Assembly: GCF_009914755.1 (NCBI RefSeq)
Contig: NC_060926.1
DNA: 64,000 nt
Reading direction: 5' to 3' (one strand)
Source: the human T2T-CHM13v2.0 reference genome, Homo sapiens
The position numbers and the translations under genes were made by a program. Position 1 is the stretch's first letter, and every line of letters starts with the position of its first letter. Of the stretch, positions 32,580 through 44,529 are shown piece after piece. Under the pieces are notes generated by a model, which saw only the letters and a program-made list of their open reading frames with translations, did no database searches and was not told where the DNA came from.

Positions 32580-33180
32580 TGAAATAATGAAAGCATCATT
32601 ATCTGCAAGTAATGTGATTTTATATGTAAAAATTTCAAGACTCTACAGCAAAACTATTGAAATTGTTAAGTTAATGTATCAAGTTGCTGGGCTCCATTAT
32701 GTATTACAATATGTTATATGTTTATACACCAGCAATAAATTTGGAACTTGAGAAAATAAGGTATTTTGATTTTGCCAAAAAATCAAAATATATAAATTAC
32801 CTAAGAATAAATCTAATTAAACATGTACAAGACCTCTAAACCGAAAACTACAAAATATATTGGGGAGTAAAGTAGAAAAGTATCTTCATTATTTTGGGTT
32901 AAAAATTTTTCCTAAATGGGACAGAAAACTACTAATCATGAAGGAAAAAAATTACAAATTAAACTATGTGAAAATGAAAAACCTATACTTACCGAAAAAT
33001 GTCATTTACTGAGCAAAAATGCAGGCCAGAGAATAAATGGAATTATTTGCAGTACATATACCCAATGAAGAAAGTTTTATATCCAGTGAAGAAAATGCAA
33101 ATTACTCCTACAAGTGATTGAAAAGAAAGAAAAAGACCATCTGATAGAAAATGATTTCAAAAGTCTATAAGATGAAATAG
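32580..33180 (+). mobile_element. Ancient L1M ORF2 fragments
   Basis: CATTATCTGCAAGTAATGTGATTTTATATGTAAAAA (degenerate FADD region) and TACCTAAGAATAAATCTAATTAAACATGTACAAGACCTCTAAACCGAAAACTACAAAA. Confidence 0.7.
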
Positions 33181-34202
33181 AAAGTATGCATGAAGCACTG
33201 CTACTGCATACCAAAGTATAATGCTTATCTCAAAAAAAAAAAACCACTAAGATTGCTTGGATTATGAGCTGAACGAGCTGCTTTTCTTCATGGAACACCA
33301 TTTTCATTTGAAAAGTAACAGACAAATTACAGTTATTACAATTTGGGTATTTGTCATCAATTTTCTTTGTTAATCATAAAATTTGAATTTTCAGGGAAAA
33401 AATAGAAATTTTAGAAAATTTGCATTCACCACTGTAAGCTTGAAAGCTTACAGTGCAGAACACTTAGCTATCTGATTAGATCATTACTAATATTAACAAA
33501 TGTGGTGGTTTTTATATTGTATGATATATATGTCAAAGTTTGGAAGATCTGCATAACTCAGTGAGCTAATGTTTTACAAATGACCAATGCATGAAGTAAC
33601 ACAATCTAGCAAGGGCTAAATTCCATTAAAATGAAAGAGAGATCAAGAGATTTTCATATAATGGAATATAAAAACTACAATGATATTTAGATTCCACATT
33701 GCAACTAAGTTTAAGAAACTACCATTTGTTGAGTTTGGGCATATTATCAGAAAGGAATAATAATAAATTATTTTCAGTAAAATAATCTGAAAAGATTTCT
33801 CTCTTTTCTAACTATATAACTACATGAGGAGAGAGTCTTATTATATACTTCAACCAAAAAAATATATTGCAACTTACTGGATGCAGAAGAAGATATGAGA
33901 CTCCATCTGTCCTCTCTTAAGCCAGAAATTAAAGAAATTTGAAAAAAATATAAAACATTACCACTTCTTAGTTTCTTTCTGTTTTAGGAGATATCTTTTT
34001 TAAATAAACATAATGTGACTATTTAATGGTACTATTATTGATATTTTAAAAGCATTAATAAACATTTTAAAATTTGTCAGTTTTAATTTCTAAGGCAATA
34101 AATATTAACAGATATAACCCACATAAAGAAAAGCTCATTGGAGTCCCCACTGACTTTCAAAATTATAAAAGGATGTGGAGACCAAAAGTTTTAAAAACCA
34201 TC
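33180..34202 (+). mobile_element. Charlie1 (hAT) DNA transposon 3' fragment
   Basis: Decayed transposase segment GCACTGCTACTGCATACCAAAGTA...TTCATGGAACACCATTTT and terminus GATATAACCCACATAAAGAAAAGCTC...GAGACCAAAAGTTTTAAAAACCA. Confidence 0.85.
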
Positions 34203-34454
34203 ATTGTTGAGCTGTGAAATGAAGCGAGAGAATCTGAGAGGTGTGCCATGTGGCCGGAGACTGTAGAAGTCAATAGAGAAAACCCTGAGTTCTGAGATTG
34301 GCAGAGTACCAGGGTGCTGATGGGCCTTTAGATCTGGTTTATTTGAATGACATTATAGATTTCAATGACTCCTTACTGTTTGCTGCTGAGATGCTTTTCT
34401 GTTTCACCAGTGGTGACACATGAAAAAGTACTGATTATTTACTTAAAACAACCA

Positions 34455-35000
34455 GCAGCTGCCAGAGACATTGAATCATGTTACTTTTCTGCCTGAATAC
34501 CTTCAGTGGCTCCCTGGTTACTGTTTTATGTTGGAACTCATTGGCATGACACAAGGAATCCATGATCTGGTCTCTTCATATCTGTTCAGTTTTATCTTCT
34601 TCCAGTGCCCCTTCACATATTACTTCCCATTCATCTATTTCTGTTACTAAAACATTTTTTCACTTTATCACATGCCATTTCATAGGAAGAAAACTTTGTT
34701 TCTACTTGGAATTTTTTCACTGTCACTCCCCCTTTTTTAAATAAATAAATAAATCTCCTGTTCTTTATCCAGATTCATCTAAAGCATCTCTTCTTTATGA
34801 AGCTTGGCATTTGACTATCCTTTCTGTTATCTTTGCACATGATATATTCCTCCAAAATAGCATTTACCTCAATAAATCTATTCATCTTTATCCCTGGACT
34901 ATAAAATCTTGCACACACACAAGTAGTAATTTTTATGTTAGTATCCCTAGCATCTAGTATCTTTCCTGGCACACATAAGGAATAAACATAAATGAATGAA
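34455..35000 (+). mobile_element. L2 3' end
   Basis: CCTTCAGTGGCTCCC...ATGATCTGG...GTATCCCTAGCATCTAGTA...CCTGGCACACATAAGG...AAATGAATGAA. Confidence 0.7.
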
Positions 35001-35639
35001 CCAATTGTGGTAGATAAAAGAAGGAACATAGTAAGATTAGGCTTTGGGATTCATTACTGCCCAGAAGAGTCTACAAAGGAAAGCATTCAGAGGAATTGCA
35101 ATACGAATTATAAATTGAATTTAATCACTTTTCCCCACTTATTCAACAACATCTAGTGGAATCAAGAATAATAAAAAACTTAATAGAGAGTTCCTGCTGT
35201 CTAGTTAAGATTACAGAGCAAAATAAAGAAAAGAGGCAAAAATGGCATGCTTTGAACAAAACTGTTTCTTCTAAATTATACAGTCAGACAAATCTATAAA
35301 AAGCAATAAATAGGTCATCAAAGTCTCCTCTTTAGGATATAAGTTTATTTGGAATCCTTTTTTCTTTTCTGGAGAATTTCGGCTGTAAGTATTCACATCC
35401 CTTTCTTTAATCTTTTTTTCTATTTTTGGCCTTTATAAAGCCACTTTTCTTTTATTCTTGTTTGAGCCTCTATTCTTCTTTGCCACCTCCTCTGCTCTTT
35501 TCTGTTTAACACCCTTGGAAATCTCAAGACCCTACTGTTTGAGATGTGATTGCTGTGGAATGTGTTATTACCGTCTCTCACCCAGACCATTGTAATAACC
35601 TCCTAAATAATCTCCGCTCCTTTCTCTCCCTTTGGAGAG

Positions 35640-36064
35640 GAAACAATATTATTATTTTGTATTATTATTCAAAATCTTTGTATGTCTTTGTTAGGGTTTC
35701 CCTCCTCCCTGTGGGAGAATTGTGCTCTTGTCTTTTGATGTCGGACTTGACCCCATGATTTCCTCTGGTCAATGAAATGTAATTAGAAGTAACTCAGGGC
35801 ACTTGTGAGCAGAAGGTTTAAGAGGCAGCACCTGGTTCACTCTGTCTTTTTCCCTTCGCTATGAGACTGGCAAGGTTCCAGATAGCAACTGTTCTAGCAG
35901 CCAGGGTCCTGGAGAGAAGTCAACATGAAGCAGAGCCACAGATACGCCACAGATAAGCTTATGTAATGAAGGTAAGGAAACAATTTTTTTTTTTTACTTT
36001 GCCTTTTAAATCTCTGAAATTTGTGTTGTGTGCTACCACAGTATAATTTAGTCTATACTGATAC
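35640..36064 (+). mobile_element. MLT1 (MLT1I/J-like) solo LTR
   Basis: GGTCAATGAAATGTAATTAGAAGTAAC...GCAGAAGGTTTAAGAG...CTCTGAAATTTGTGTTGTGTGCTACCACAGTATAATTTAGTCTATACTGATAC. Confidence 0.7.
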
Positions 36065-36323
36065 GTTATCCCTCCCCACCCCCCAGCATTTTCTCAACAC
36101 AGTAGCCAGAGTAAGCCTTTTAACATTGTAAACCAGATTATGCAATTTATCTTATTTGGACTTTGAATGCTCCCCTATTCCACAAGAGTAAAAGAGTCTT
36201 TCAGTGGCTGAGGAGACCCTGCCTATGTGCCATCTCACTCCCTCCTTAGCCCTCTCAACTCAATTACTGAGCATCAAGCACTTAGGCCTTCTTGTTCTTT
36301 CTTAAATTAACTCGTATCTTAGG

Positions 36324-36772
36324 TTTCACTCGCGTCCCTGTGAAGAGACCACCAAACAGGCTTTGTGTAAGCAATAAGGCTGTTTATTTCACCTGGGTGC
36401 AGGCGGGCTGAGTCCGAAAAGAGAGTCAGTGAAGGGAGATAGGGGTGGGACCGTTTTATAAGATTTGGGTAGGTTGTGGAAAATTACAGTCAAAGGGGGT
36501 TGTTCTCTGGCTGGCAGGGGTGGGGGTCACAAGGTGCTCATTTGGGGAGCTTTTGAGCCAGGATGAGCCAGGAGAAGGAATTTCACAAGGTAATGTCATC
36601 AGTTAAGGCAGGGACTGGCCATTTTTACTTCTTTTGTGGTGGAATGTCATCAGTTAAGGCAGGCAGCCATTTTCACTTTTTTTGTGGTTCTTCACTTGCT
36701 TGGGGCCATCTGGACATAAACGCGCAGGTCACAGGGGATACCATGGCTTAGCTTGGGCTCAGAAGCCTGACA
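36324..36772 (-). mobile_element. HERV-H solo LTR (LTR7) with 5-bp TSD
   Basis: Minus strand reads TGTCAGGCTTCTGAGCCCAAGCTAAGCC...GTCTCTTCACAGGGACGCGAGTGAAA. TSD TTAGG at 36319-36323 and 36773-36777. Duplicated CCTTAACTGATGACATT U3 repeat, TATA and AATAAA present. Confidence 0.95.
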
Positions 36773-37144
36773 TTAGGAACTTTGCATTTACTGTTTCCTC
36801 TTTCCTCTGGCTAACACCCTCACTTGCTTCAAGTCTTCACCCAGGTGTTACTTTCTCAATGACTCCTACCTTAACCACCCTATTTAAAATTGCAACCTAT
36901 TAACCAACTTCTCCCCCACTGCCTGCAGATTTCATATCTCCTTTGGCCTAATTCACACTTTTCTTCATTCCTTCTGTCAACTTTGAACATACTATGCAAT
37001 CTATGTAACTATTTACATTTAGTTTTTATTGTCTGTGAACACTCAAGAGAGAGCTTTGTGAAGTCAGGGATCTTTCTGTTCATACAATACTGAACTAGGA
37101 TAGTGGCTGATATATAGTAAGCATTATTTGGTGATAAGCATTGG

Positions 37145-37645
37145 ACCAAAAAAAAAAATTTCTATCCGTTTCCTGTCCAAAAGACTACCAGTATAGGTAG
37201 AGAATAGAAAAGAGAGTTTTACTGGAAATACCAGTTTACAAACTGGGGAGAGATAGTCTCTGGCTTTAACTGAAACTATTCTCTCTGAAGAAGATAGAGA
37301 AGGTTACAGGTTTTATGAAAAGGAGAAATGTTATGTATTACTCTTTGAGAAATTTCATTGGCACTAGTAAGGTTTTGAGAAATTGGCAAGCTTTGATTGG
37401 TAAGTGACAACCAGAACCTTGGGCAAAACTAGTCTGAGAGTTGCAGCAGATTGTTTCAGTGGTCATTAGATAAAACTGGTTTTAGGTTACCTTAAGGCAG
37501 TTTCAGCTTCCAAGCTTGCAGAAAATTACATTTGTGGAGGAATGTTATGTGCCCTGAGTGCTCCCCCACCCACCTCCTGCTGGCTTCTTGACTGTTTTGG
37601 TTGTGTGTGACAAGAATGATGCAATTCATATGATCAACTTTCACA
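37145..37645 (-). mobile_element. ERV1-class solo LTR (MER72/LTR47-like)
   Basis: Minus strand begins TGTGAAAGTTGATCATATGAATTGCATCATTCTTGTCAC...AGCACTCAGGGCACATAACATT. Confidence 0.7.
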
Positions 37646-38628
37646 TATTCATGACTTTTTTCCTAATTACCTCAGCTTACCTGTGAAGTCCTAGTCTATA
37701 AATCTTCATGAAAATAAATGTGCTACACTAGAGACTGGACCTAAAGCCAGAAAACATGGTACATATTTGGTATTCAGTGGTCTGAGGGCCACTGCCTTCA
37801 CAAGAGCCCTAGAAACAATAGGTGTAAGTAAAGTTTGCGTTTGGTTTTTCAGCTCCTTTGCTGGGTTTTTTGTTTGTTTGTTTGAATAAAAGAGGGTAGA
37901 ATTATAATTATTCAGGTGAACAAACATAGATATCATATTTGATTTCTCTTACACGACAAAAATAAAGGAAATAAAAATATTAAGTAACTTTCCTGTTGTC
38001 CTTCTTCCCTTCACTCTAACCCAAGTGTAAACAAAATGAGTCAAGGAGAAGGGACAGAAGACCCAAGTGGAGAAATTGACAAACTCAATCCTGGCCTCTC
38101 TTCTACTAAAGATTACGGATCTTAAGGCATAGAGTGCAAGAAAGCTTAGAAGTAGATGAAAAACTAAAGCCTTGGTATTTGGTTGTATTGGAGTTTTTAC
38201 CACAAGAAAAAAATAGTTTGATGGTGCTGGTTTAAAGGATGGTGATGAAAAAGAATCAAGCTTAAATCCTATTTAATCAAACTCAATACGGTTATGCTAT
38301 TATTGCTTAAAAGTATTTTTATATGTGCCTAATTCTGTTTAATGATGACTTCCTAACTGGTCTTTGCAAGTTCAAAGATCAATGAACCTTGATTTTATAG
38401 ACCTTATTTTAATATTAAATACATCCCTCTTTAATGAATATCTTGTATAATTATAGGGCTGTATTTTTCTTAATTTTGCCTGGTGTTTAATAATCTTATG
38501 TGAGGCATTAGAAAGTATCTTTTAAATTATTTTATCATAAATTTTGTTTTATTTGTTACCTTTGGAGAGTTAACTCCTAATCAGGTTATTTAAAATCCTA
38601 GGGCAGGTCGAATGTTAGACTTTCCCCC

Positions 38629-39011
38629 TGTTAAAATAGAAACTTTAGACAAATTAAATTTAACTGTGTTTAAATAGGCAAAGAATGATTAGCAAGTTAG
38701 GCAGCCCCTAGAACCAGAATAGATAGGGTCAGAGCAATTCCGGGGCAGCCATGTGATTGGATAACATTTATTCAGAGAAAAAGGAATGTGACATACAAAA
38801 AAATGGAAATGAAGTACAGTAACAGCTGGATTGGCTTACAGTTTGGTGTTTGCCTTATTTGAATATGATTTGAACAGTTGTATGCTTGTGATTGTCCCAA
38901 ACTTGGCCACTGTAATTACACATCCAGTTAGGTTATAGTTCACTATGTATGGAGAAACCTTTAGACTCAACTTAAAATATGTAAGGAGGCAACGGTAGGC
39001 TAAACTTAACA
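38629..39011 (-). mobile_element. MER57 (ERV1) solo LTR
   Basis: Minus strand TGTTAAGTTTAGCCTA...GCCTCCTTACATATTTTAAGTTGAGTCTAAAGGTTTCTCCATACATAGTGAAC; TG...CA ends. Confidence 0.85.
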
Positions 39012-39165
39012 CTTTAAGCAGATTTATTTTACAGTATCAATTGCCACAATAGTGCCCTATGCTTTAAAAGGACTATTTTTGAAGATTAAGAAAATGTCTC
39101 TGAAAAAAACAAACTTAATTTTAGAGATACAAGTGTTCAATTATAAAAGCTTCTGGTTGAATGTG

Positions 39166-39949
39166 TGATATGATTTTGCTGCTGCTCACTCTTTGAGTCC
39201 TCGCAGCCTTTATGAGTTGTAACACTCACCGCCAAAGTCTGCAGCTTCACTCCTGAAGCCAGCGAGACCACAAACCCACCAGGAAGGACGAACAACTCCA
39301 CACGCGCCACCTTTATGAACTGTAACACTCACCGCAAAGGTCTGCAACTTCACTCCTGAAGCCAGCGAGACCATGAACCCAATGGGAGGAACAAACAACT
39401 CCAGACGCGCTGCCTTTAAGAGCTGTAACACTCACTGCGAAGGTCTGCGGCTTCACTCCTGAAGTCAGAGAAACCACGAACCCAGCAGAAGGAAGAAAAT
39501 CCAGGCACACCATCTTTAAGAACTGTAACACTCACCACCAGGGTCTGTGGATTCATTCTTGAAGTCAGCGAGACCAAGAACCCACCAATTCCGGACACAG
39601 TTTGTCTGTGTCCCCACCCAAAATCTCATCTTGAATTGTAATAATACCTGTGTATCAAGGACGGGACCAGGTGGAGATAATTGAATCATGAGGGCGGTTT
39701 CCTTCAAACTGTTCTCCTGATAGTAAGTGAGCTCTCACAAGATCTGACGGCTTTATATGGGGCTTTCCCCTTCACCCAGCTCTCATTTTCTCTCCTGCCA
39801 CCCTGTGAAGAGGTGCCTTCTGTCATGATTGTAAGTTTCTTGAGGCCTCCCCAGACATGCTGAACTGTGAGTCAATTAAAGCTTTTTCCTTTATAAATTA
39901 CCCAGTATCTCGTACATCTTTATAAGCAATGTGAGAACAGACAAATACA
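39166..39949 (+). mobile_element. THE1 (THE1C-like) MaLR solo LTR, split by a nested LTR12 fragment
   Basis: TGATATG (39166-39172) continues as GTTTGTCTGTGTCCCCACCCAAAATCTCATCTTG (39600) and ends ACAAATACA. TSD ATGTG at 39161-39165 and 39950-39954. Confidence 0.9.
39177..39599 (+). mobile_element. LTR12 (ERV9) 3' (U5) fragment with four ~100-103-bp tandem repeats
   Basis: Unit TGTAACACTCACCGC...TTCACTCCTGAAGCCAGCGAGACC at ~39209, 39312, 39415 and 39515; terminus GAACCCACCAATTCCGGACACA. Confidence 0.92.
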
Positions 39950-41042
39950 ATGTGGATGAAATATGTTATCCAGCCAGTTCCACCCTGGTATTTCTGCAAT
40001 GGCACTTCTAGGCCCCAGGGAAACCAGTCATAGATGATATAAAAATTCAGAAAGTTAATATTTTTGTTCAAGAGAAACTAATAGCTTTGCAAGCCATTCT
40101 TTAACATAGAATCAGGGGTGCTTCACATTTAAACTGTTTTTGTTTGTTAAGAAAACTAGAAATGTTCTTAATATGGTTAATGATAACCTCTTATATTTGT
40201 CAAGTATTTTGTAAAGCAAAGAACAATTTTACATCCATTACTGGGATTTGTTTCATAACATCCAGATAGAGAATGGTTGTTTTGTAATTTACCTGAGGAC
40301 TAACAGGAGCACAGGTCTTCTGTTTTTTGGTACACTTTACTATTTTGATGGAAAGGTAAGTGGTTATCCCAAGTCCTGCATCTGGGAAAACACCACAAAT
40401 TCTGTTCTCTCAACTGTGAAATGTGAGTGCATCTAAAAAGATTAAAGTACACTTTATTTTGCTTTAGAAATTCTGCCATCTAATATCAGGCTGAAGGATA
40501 AAACTCAATTCAAATATTTCAATTACCTTAGGCCCTTGGCTGACATAACAGTTGAAATGTATTTGCTTTCCAGAATACCTTCACTACAAAGTCATCTGTT
40601 TGGGTCTGGAATTCCTTCCATAAAGTTACAATTTAGATGAAGTTTTCTTTGATTTATTCAATCTTGTTCTATGTATTTTTTACTCTAACTAGTTAATGCT
40701 TTTTGAATATTGCTATTTAATTCATTGGCTGTTTCTACATAAAACTTACTCTCAAGCAGAATTTTACAAATGTATTAAAATATGTAAAAGTATAATGAGA
40801 CTTAGTATGTTAGCTCTCTCAGTGATATTTGCAATTACTCTTAAGATAAATAAATTTCAGATATCCACAAATAATTTAAGAATTTTTGAGGTAATTATAG
40901 AGTGCTTTTTTTTTTAAATTTCCTCAATTCATACTATAGAGTGATTGCTTTTTCTGCTCAATATGCCTGGCCTATGGACACTGTGCATTCACTTTGCCCC
41001 AGTAGTTGGTTGGGGGAATCTGGGAGTTCAGAAGTGATAAAA

Positions 41043-41429
41043 CTGCTATACAGTAATACCTGAGACTGGGTAACGTACAAGAAAAGAGGTTTAATTGGCT
41101 CACAGTTCTGCAGGCTGTACGGGAAGGATGGCAGCATCTGCTTCTGGGGAGGCCCCAGGAAGTTTTTACTCATGGTGGTGGGCAAAGCAGGAGCAGGCAT
41201 CTGACATGGCAGGTGCAGGACTGAGAGACTGAGGGAGGTGCCACATTCTTTTAAACAACCAGATCTCATGAGAACTCACTCACTATCACAATATCAGCAC
41301 CAAGGAGATGGTGCTAAACCATTCATGAAGGACCACCTCCATGATCCAATCACCTCCCACCGGGCCCCACCTCCAACACTGGGGATTTGACATGAGGTTT
41401 GGGTGGGGACACAAATCTAAATCATATCA
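41043..41429 (-). mobile_element. MSTB-like MaLR solo LTR, 3' tip missing
   Basis: AATACCTGAGACTGGGTAA...GGCTCACAGTTCTGCAGGCTGTAC...GATGGTGCTAAACCATTCATGA...ACACAAATCTAAATCATATCA. Confidence 0.88.
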
Positions 41430-42557
41430 ATGTGATACATCACGTTTACAGAATCAAGAAGTAAAAATGCATGATCATTTAAAAAGATGCAGAAAAAGAA
41501 TTCAATAAAATTCAACATATCTTCATAATAAAAACTCAATAAACTGTGTATAGAAGGAACATACCCCAAAATTATAAGGGCCATATATTGCAAACCCATA
41601 CTGAACAGGGCAAAACTAAAAACCTTTCCTCTAAGACCTGGAACAAGGCAAGGATGTCTCCTTTCACCAGTTTTATTCAACATAATACCAGAAGTCCTGG
41701 CCAGGGCAATCAGGCAAGAGAAAGAAAGGGCATCCAAATTGGAAAGGAAGAAGTCCAATCAGCCTTGTTCACAGACAACATGATCCTATATTTAGGAAAA
41801 CCTAAAGATTCCACCAAAAAACTGTTAGAAATAATAAACTAATTCGGTAAAATTTCAGGATACAAAATCAACATATAAAAATCAGTAGCATTTCTATATT
41901 CTAATAGTGAACAATTTGAAAAAGAAATTCAGAAACCAATCCTATTTACAATAGCTATTAAAAACACCTAGGAATAAATTGAATCAAAGAAGTGAAAGAT
42001 CTCTATAATAAAAACTATAAAATCCTGATGAAAAAAATTGAAGAGGACACACACACACAAAATGAAAATATATGCCATGCTCATGGATTGAAAAAAATAA
42101 TATGGTTAAAAAGTCCATGCTATCCAAAGTTATCTGCAGATTCAATACAATTAATTTCAAAATACTAATGACATTATTCACACAAATAGAAAAACAATTC
42201 TAAAATTTATATGGAACCACAGAAAACCCAAGTAGTCAAAGCAATCCTGAGCCAAAAGAACAAAGCTGGTGGCATCACACTACCAGACTTCAAACTATAC
42301 TACAAGTCTATACTAACCAAAGAAGCATGGTACTGACATAAAAATAGACATATAACCAAGGGAACAGAATAGATAACCTGGAAATAAATCTATGCATTGA
42401 TAGCCAATTCATTTTTGACGCAGGTGCCAAGAACATACATAGGGAAAAGACAGTCTCTTTAACAAATGGTGATGGGTATCCATATACAGAAGAATGAAAC
42501 TAGACCTCTACTTCTCACCATATACAGAAAACAAATTAAAATGGACTAAAGACTTAT
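41430..42557 (+). mobile_element. L1MA/L1PB-like ORF2 fragment
   Basis: Degenerate RT region ([22 protein letters not shown] in ORF 41546..41842). Confidence 0.85.
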
Positions 42558-43545
42558 GTAGCTATTTTTGATTAAAAATGAGTTAGATTTCAACATGTAT
42601 TTACTTGAAGAGATGTCCATCATATGTTATCATATATAGACAGAAAAAAAAATCTTAGATAAAAGTGTATAACAGAGGTCATTTTATAGAAAAAAGTAGA
42701 AAATCATATGTTAGTACAAACATAAATAAATATTTCAAAAATTGTGCAATTAACATTTGACACTGATTACTTCAGAGATGTTGGAGAAAAGGAATTAATA
42801 GTTGATTAACTTTTTGAAATAACTGCATTGTTTAATTTTTTACAATAAAACATTTCTTTTTATAATTAAAAATTCAATAAAGTACAGGCACATAGAAAAA
42901 GAGAATGACTTGTAATTTTTCTTATTAAGATAACATTGGTTGACTGACATGAACAGGATGAGGGGAATGGAAATGCCCCCGTACTGGCCATGACTAATTT
43001 CTTCTCCCCATGCAGTTTGTAGGGAAAGCCTGTGGACAAGTGTGGCTGTTTTCTCTTCCTGCCAGGGAAAGAGAATTCTGGTTTGCCCTAATCTGTCCTG
43101 TCCAGTTTTCCAGGGAAATCCTTGTTTGCCAGAAATGTTCTTTGCTGCTTTGTCAATTGAATTAGAAAGGAAACAGAGTGTAGCACAAGGATTGAAAGAT
43201 TTAGATTAGGGTGAGGTGTGTGGGTTTGAAGGAAAGAACATTTGGTATGAGAAGTCTGAGGCCAGCTGTATAATAGGAGGAAAGAAGATAGAAGAGAGGG
43301 CATGTTAAAAATACCTCAATGACTAATATATCAACTTCAAACTGCTGGAGAGAAGCAAGTGATGACATTGAGGTAATTTGATTCTACTTTGGTTATTAGT
43401 CTTAAAACAAATGCAATACCCCAACAGTGCTCTGAAAACAGAGCATGTGAGTTATCCCTCTAATATCTTAAAATAATGTTTTTCTTAGATTTGTTTTTGG
43501 CTCAAATTGACCAAGTTGTTGCATTGCAGACAACTTATATAAGAT

Positions 43546-43980
43546 GTAGTTTTAGTCAGTTTTGCATGATAAGTCTGCTTAACAAACAACCCAGCAATGC
43601 CAGTAATTTACAACAAGAGACACTGTCTCACTCACAGGTCTGGCAGTTGGCTGGAGTGGCTTTCTTTAGTCTGAAACTCAGATTCATGTCTGCTCCACAT
43701 GTCTCTCATTCTAGGACCCAGGCAAAATCTGATGACAGATGGCAGAAGCACAAAAGCACAAGGCAAACCATTTGAGCTAATTTAAAGCCTCTGATTTGAT
43801 GCATCACAGATTATATTCACTCACATATGATTGGCCAAAACAAATCATATAGCTAAACCCATATTTGGAGAGACACAGGAGTTCACTTCAACAGAAAGGC
43901 ATTAAAAAGCTGCTTGGAAAAGGGCGTGAATGAATAATTCTATTATAAGGAGAGAGTGGACAGCTGATAATAGTGATCCA
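43546..43980 (-). mobile_element. Old MLT1 MaLR solo LTR
   Basis: TTAGTCAGTTTTGC...CTTAACAAACAACCC...TCACTCACATATGATTGGCCAAAACAAATCATATAGCTAAACCC. Confidence 0.65.
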
Positions 43981-44054
43981 TGCTGGGGCTGGATCACAGG
44001 GAGTGAGTGGATAGCTGATAATAGTAATCTACATTGGTGCTAGATCACAGGGAG
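43949..44054. repeat. 51-bp direct tandem duplication
   Basis: GGAGAGAGTGGACAGCTGATAATAGTGATCC...GATCACAG followed by GGAGTGAGTGGATAGCTGATAATAGTAATCT...GATCACAG. Confidence 0.85.
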
Positions 44055-44529
44055 CACTTCCTTAAACTAGGTAGGCCTAAAAAGTTTCAGTCCTAACTCT
44101 AAATAAAGACTGCTCTCTATCTTGTTTTCAAACTCCCCTTCTACAACATCAAATCTTTGCTTGAGTTTTACCACTGTGATGGTAATAGAGAAATGGAATA
44201 GAGAGAAATGGGCGAAAACATGATAAGCCAAGTCTTCTACTTTGAAAACAGATCTACTACTTAGCATTTCTGTTCCATGGACAGAGGGAGTTAGGCTGAG
44301 GGCTATGTCCATGTGAAATCTGGTGCCACATTGTGACTCCACCTATTATTTGTATGTGCTCCAGTCAGTGTAGTAGAAAATAATCCATAGCGACTTCTTA
44401 TGGGGCAAAAATAGGGAGATAAGGTAGGGAAAGAAGCTCCAAACTTTCTTCCCTGCCTAGCAAATACACTGCAGAAGATATCTATCATTTTTGGCCTGCT
44501 CAACTTTCATTTTTACTTCTGGCAAAAGC

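Larger units (their letters stand above)
35560..37135 (+). mobile_element. L2a 3' end interrupted by MLT1 and LTR7 insertions
   Basis: CCAGACCATTGTAATAACCTCCTAAAT; TTCTCAACACAGTAGCCAGAGTAAGCCTTT; ACCACCCTATTTAAAATTGCAACC; tail TAGTGGCTGATATATAGTAAGCA. Confidence 0.7.

Noticed and set aside
39200-39599. Regularly spaced ~103-bp repeats resembling a CRISPR-like array, with repetitive minus-strand ORFs
   Set aside because: Whole units are homologous, so there are no unique spacers. They are the known ERV9 LTR12 U5 repeats, in a eukaryotic context with no cas genes.
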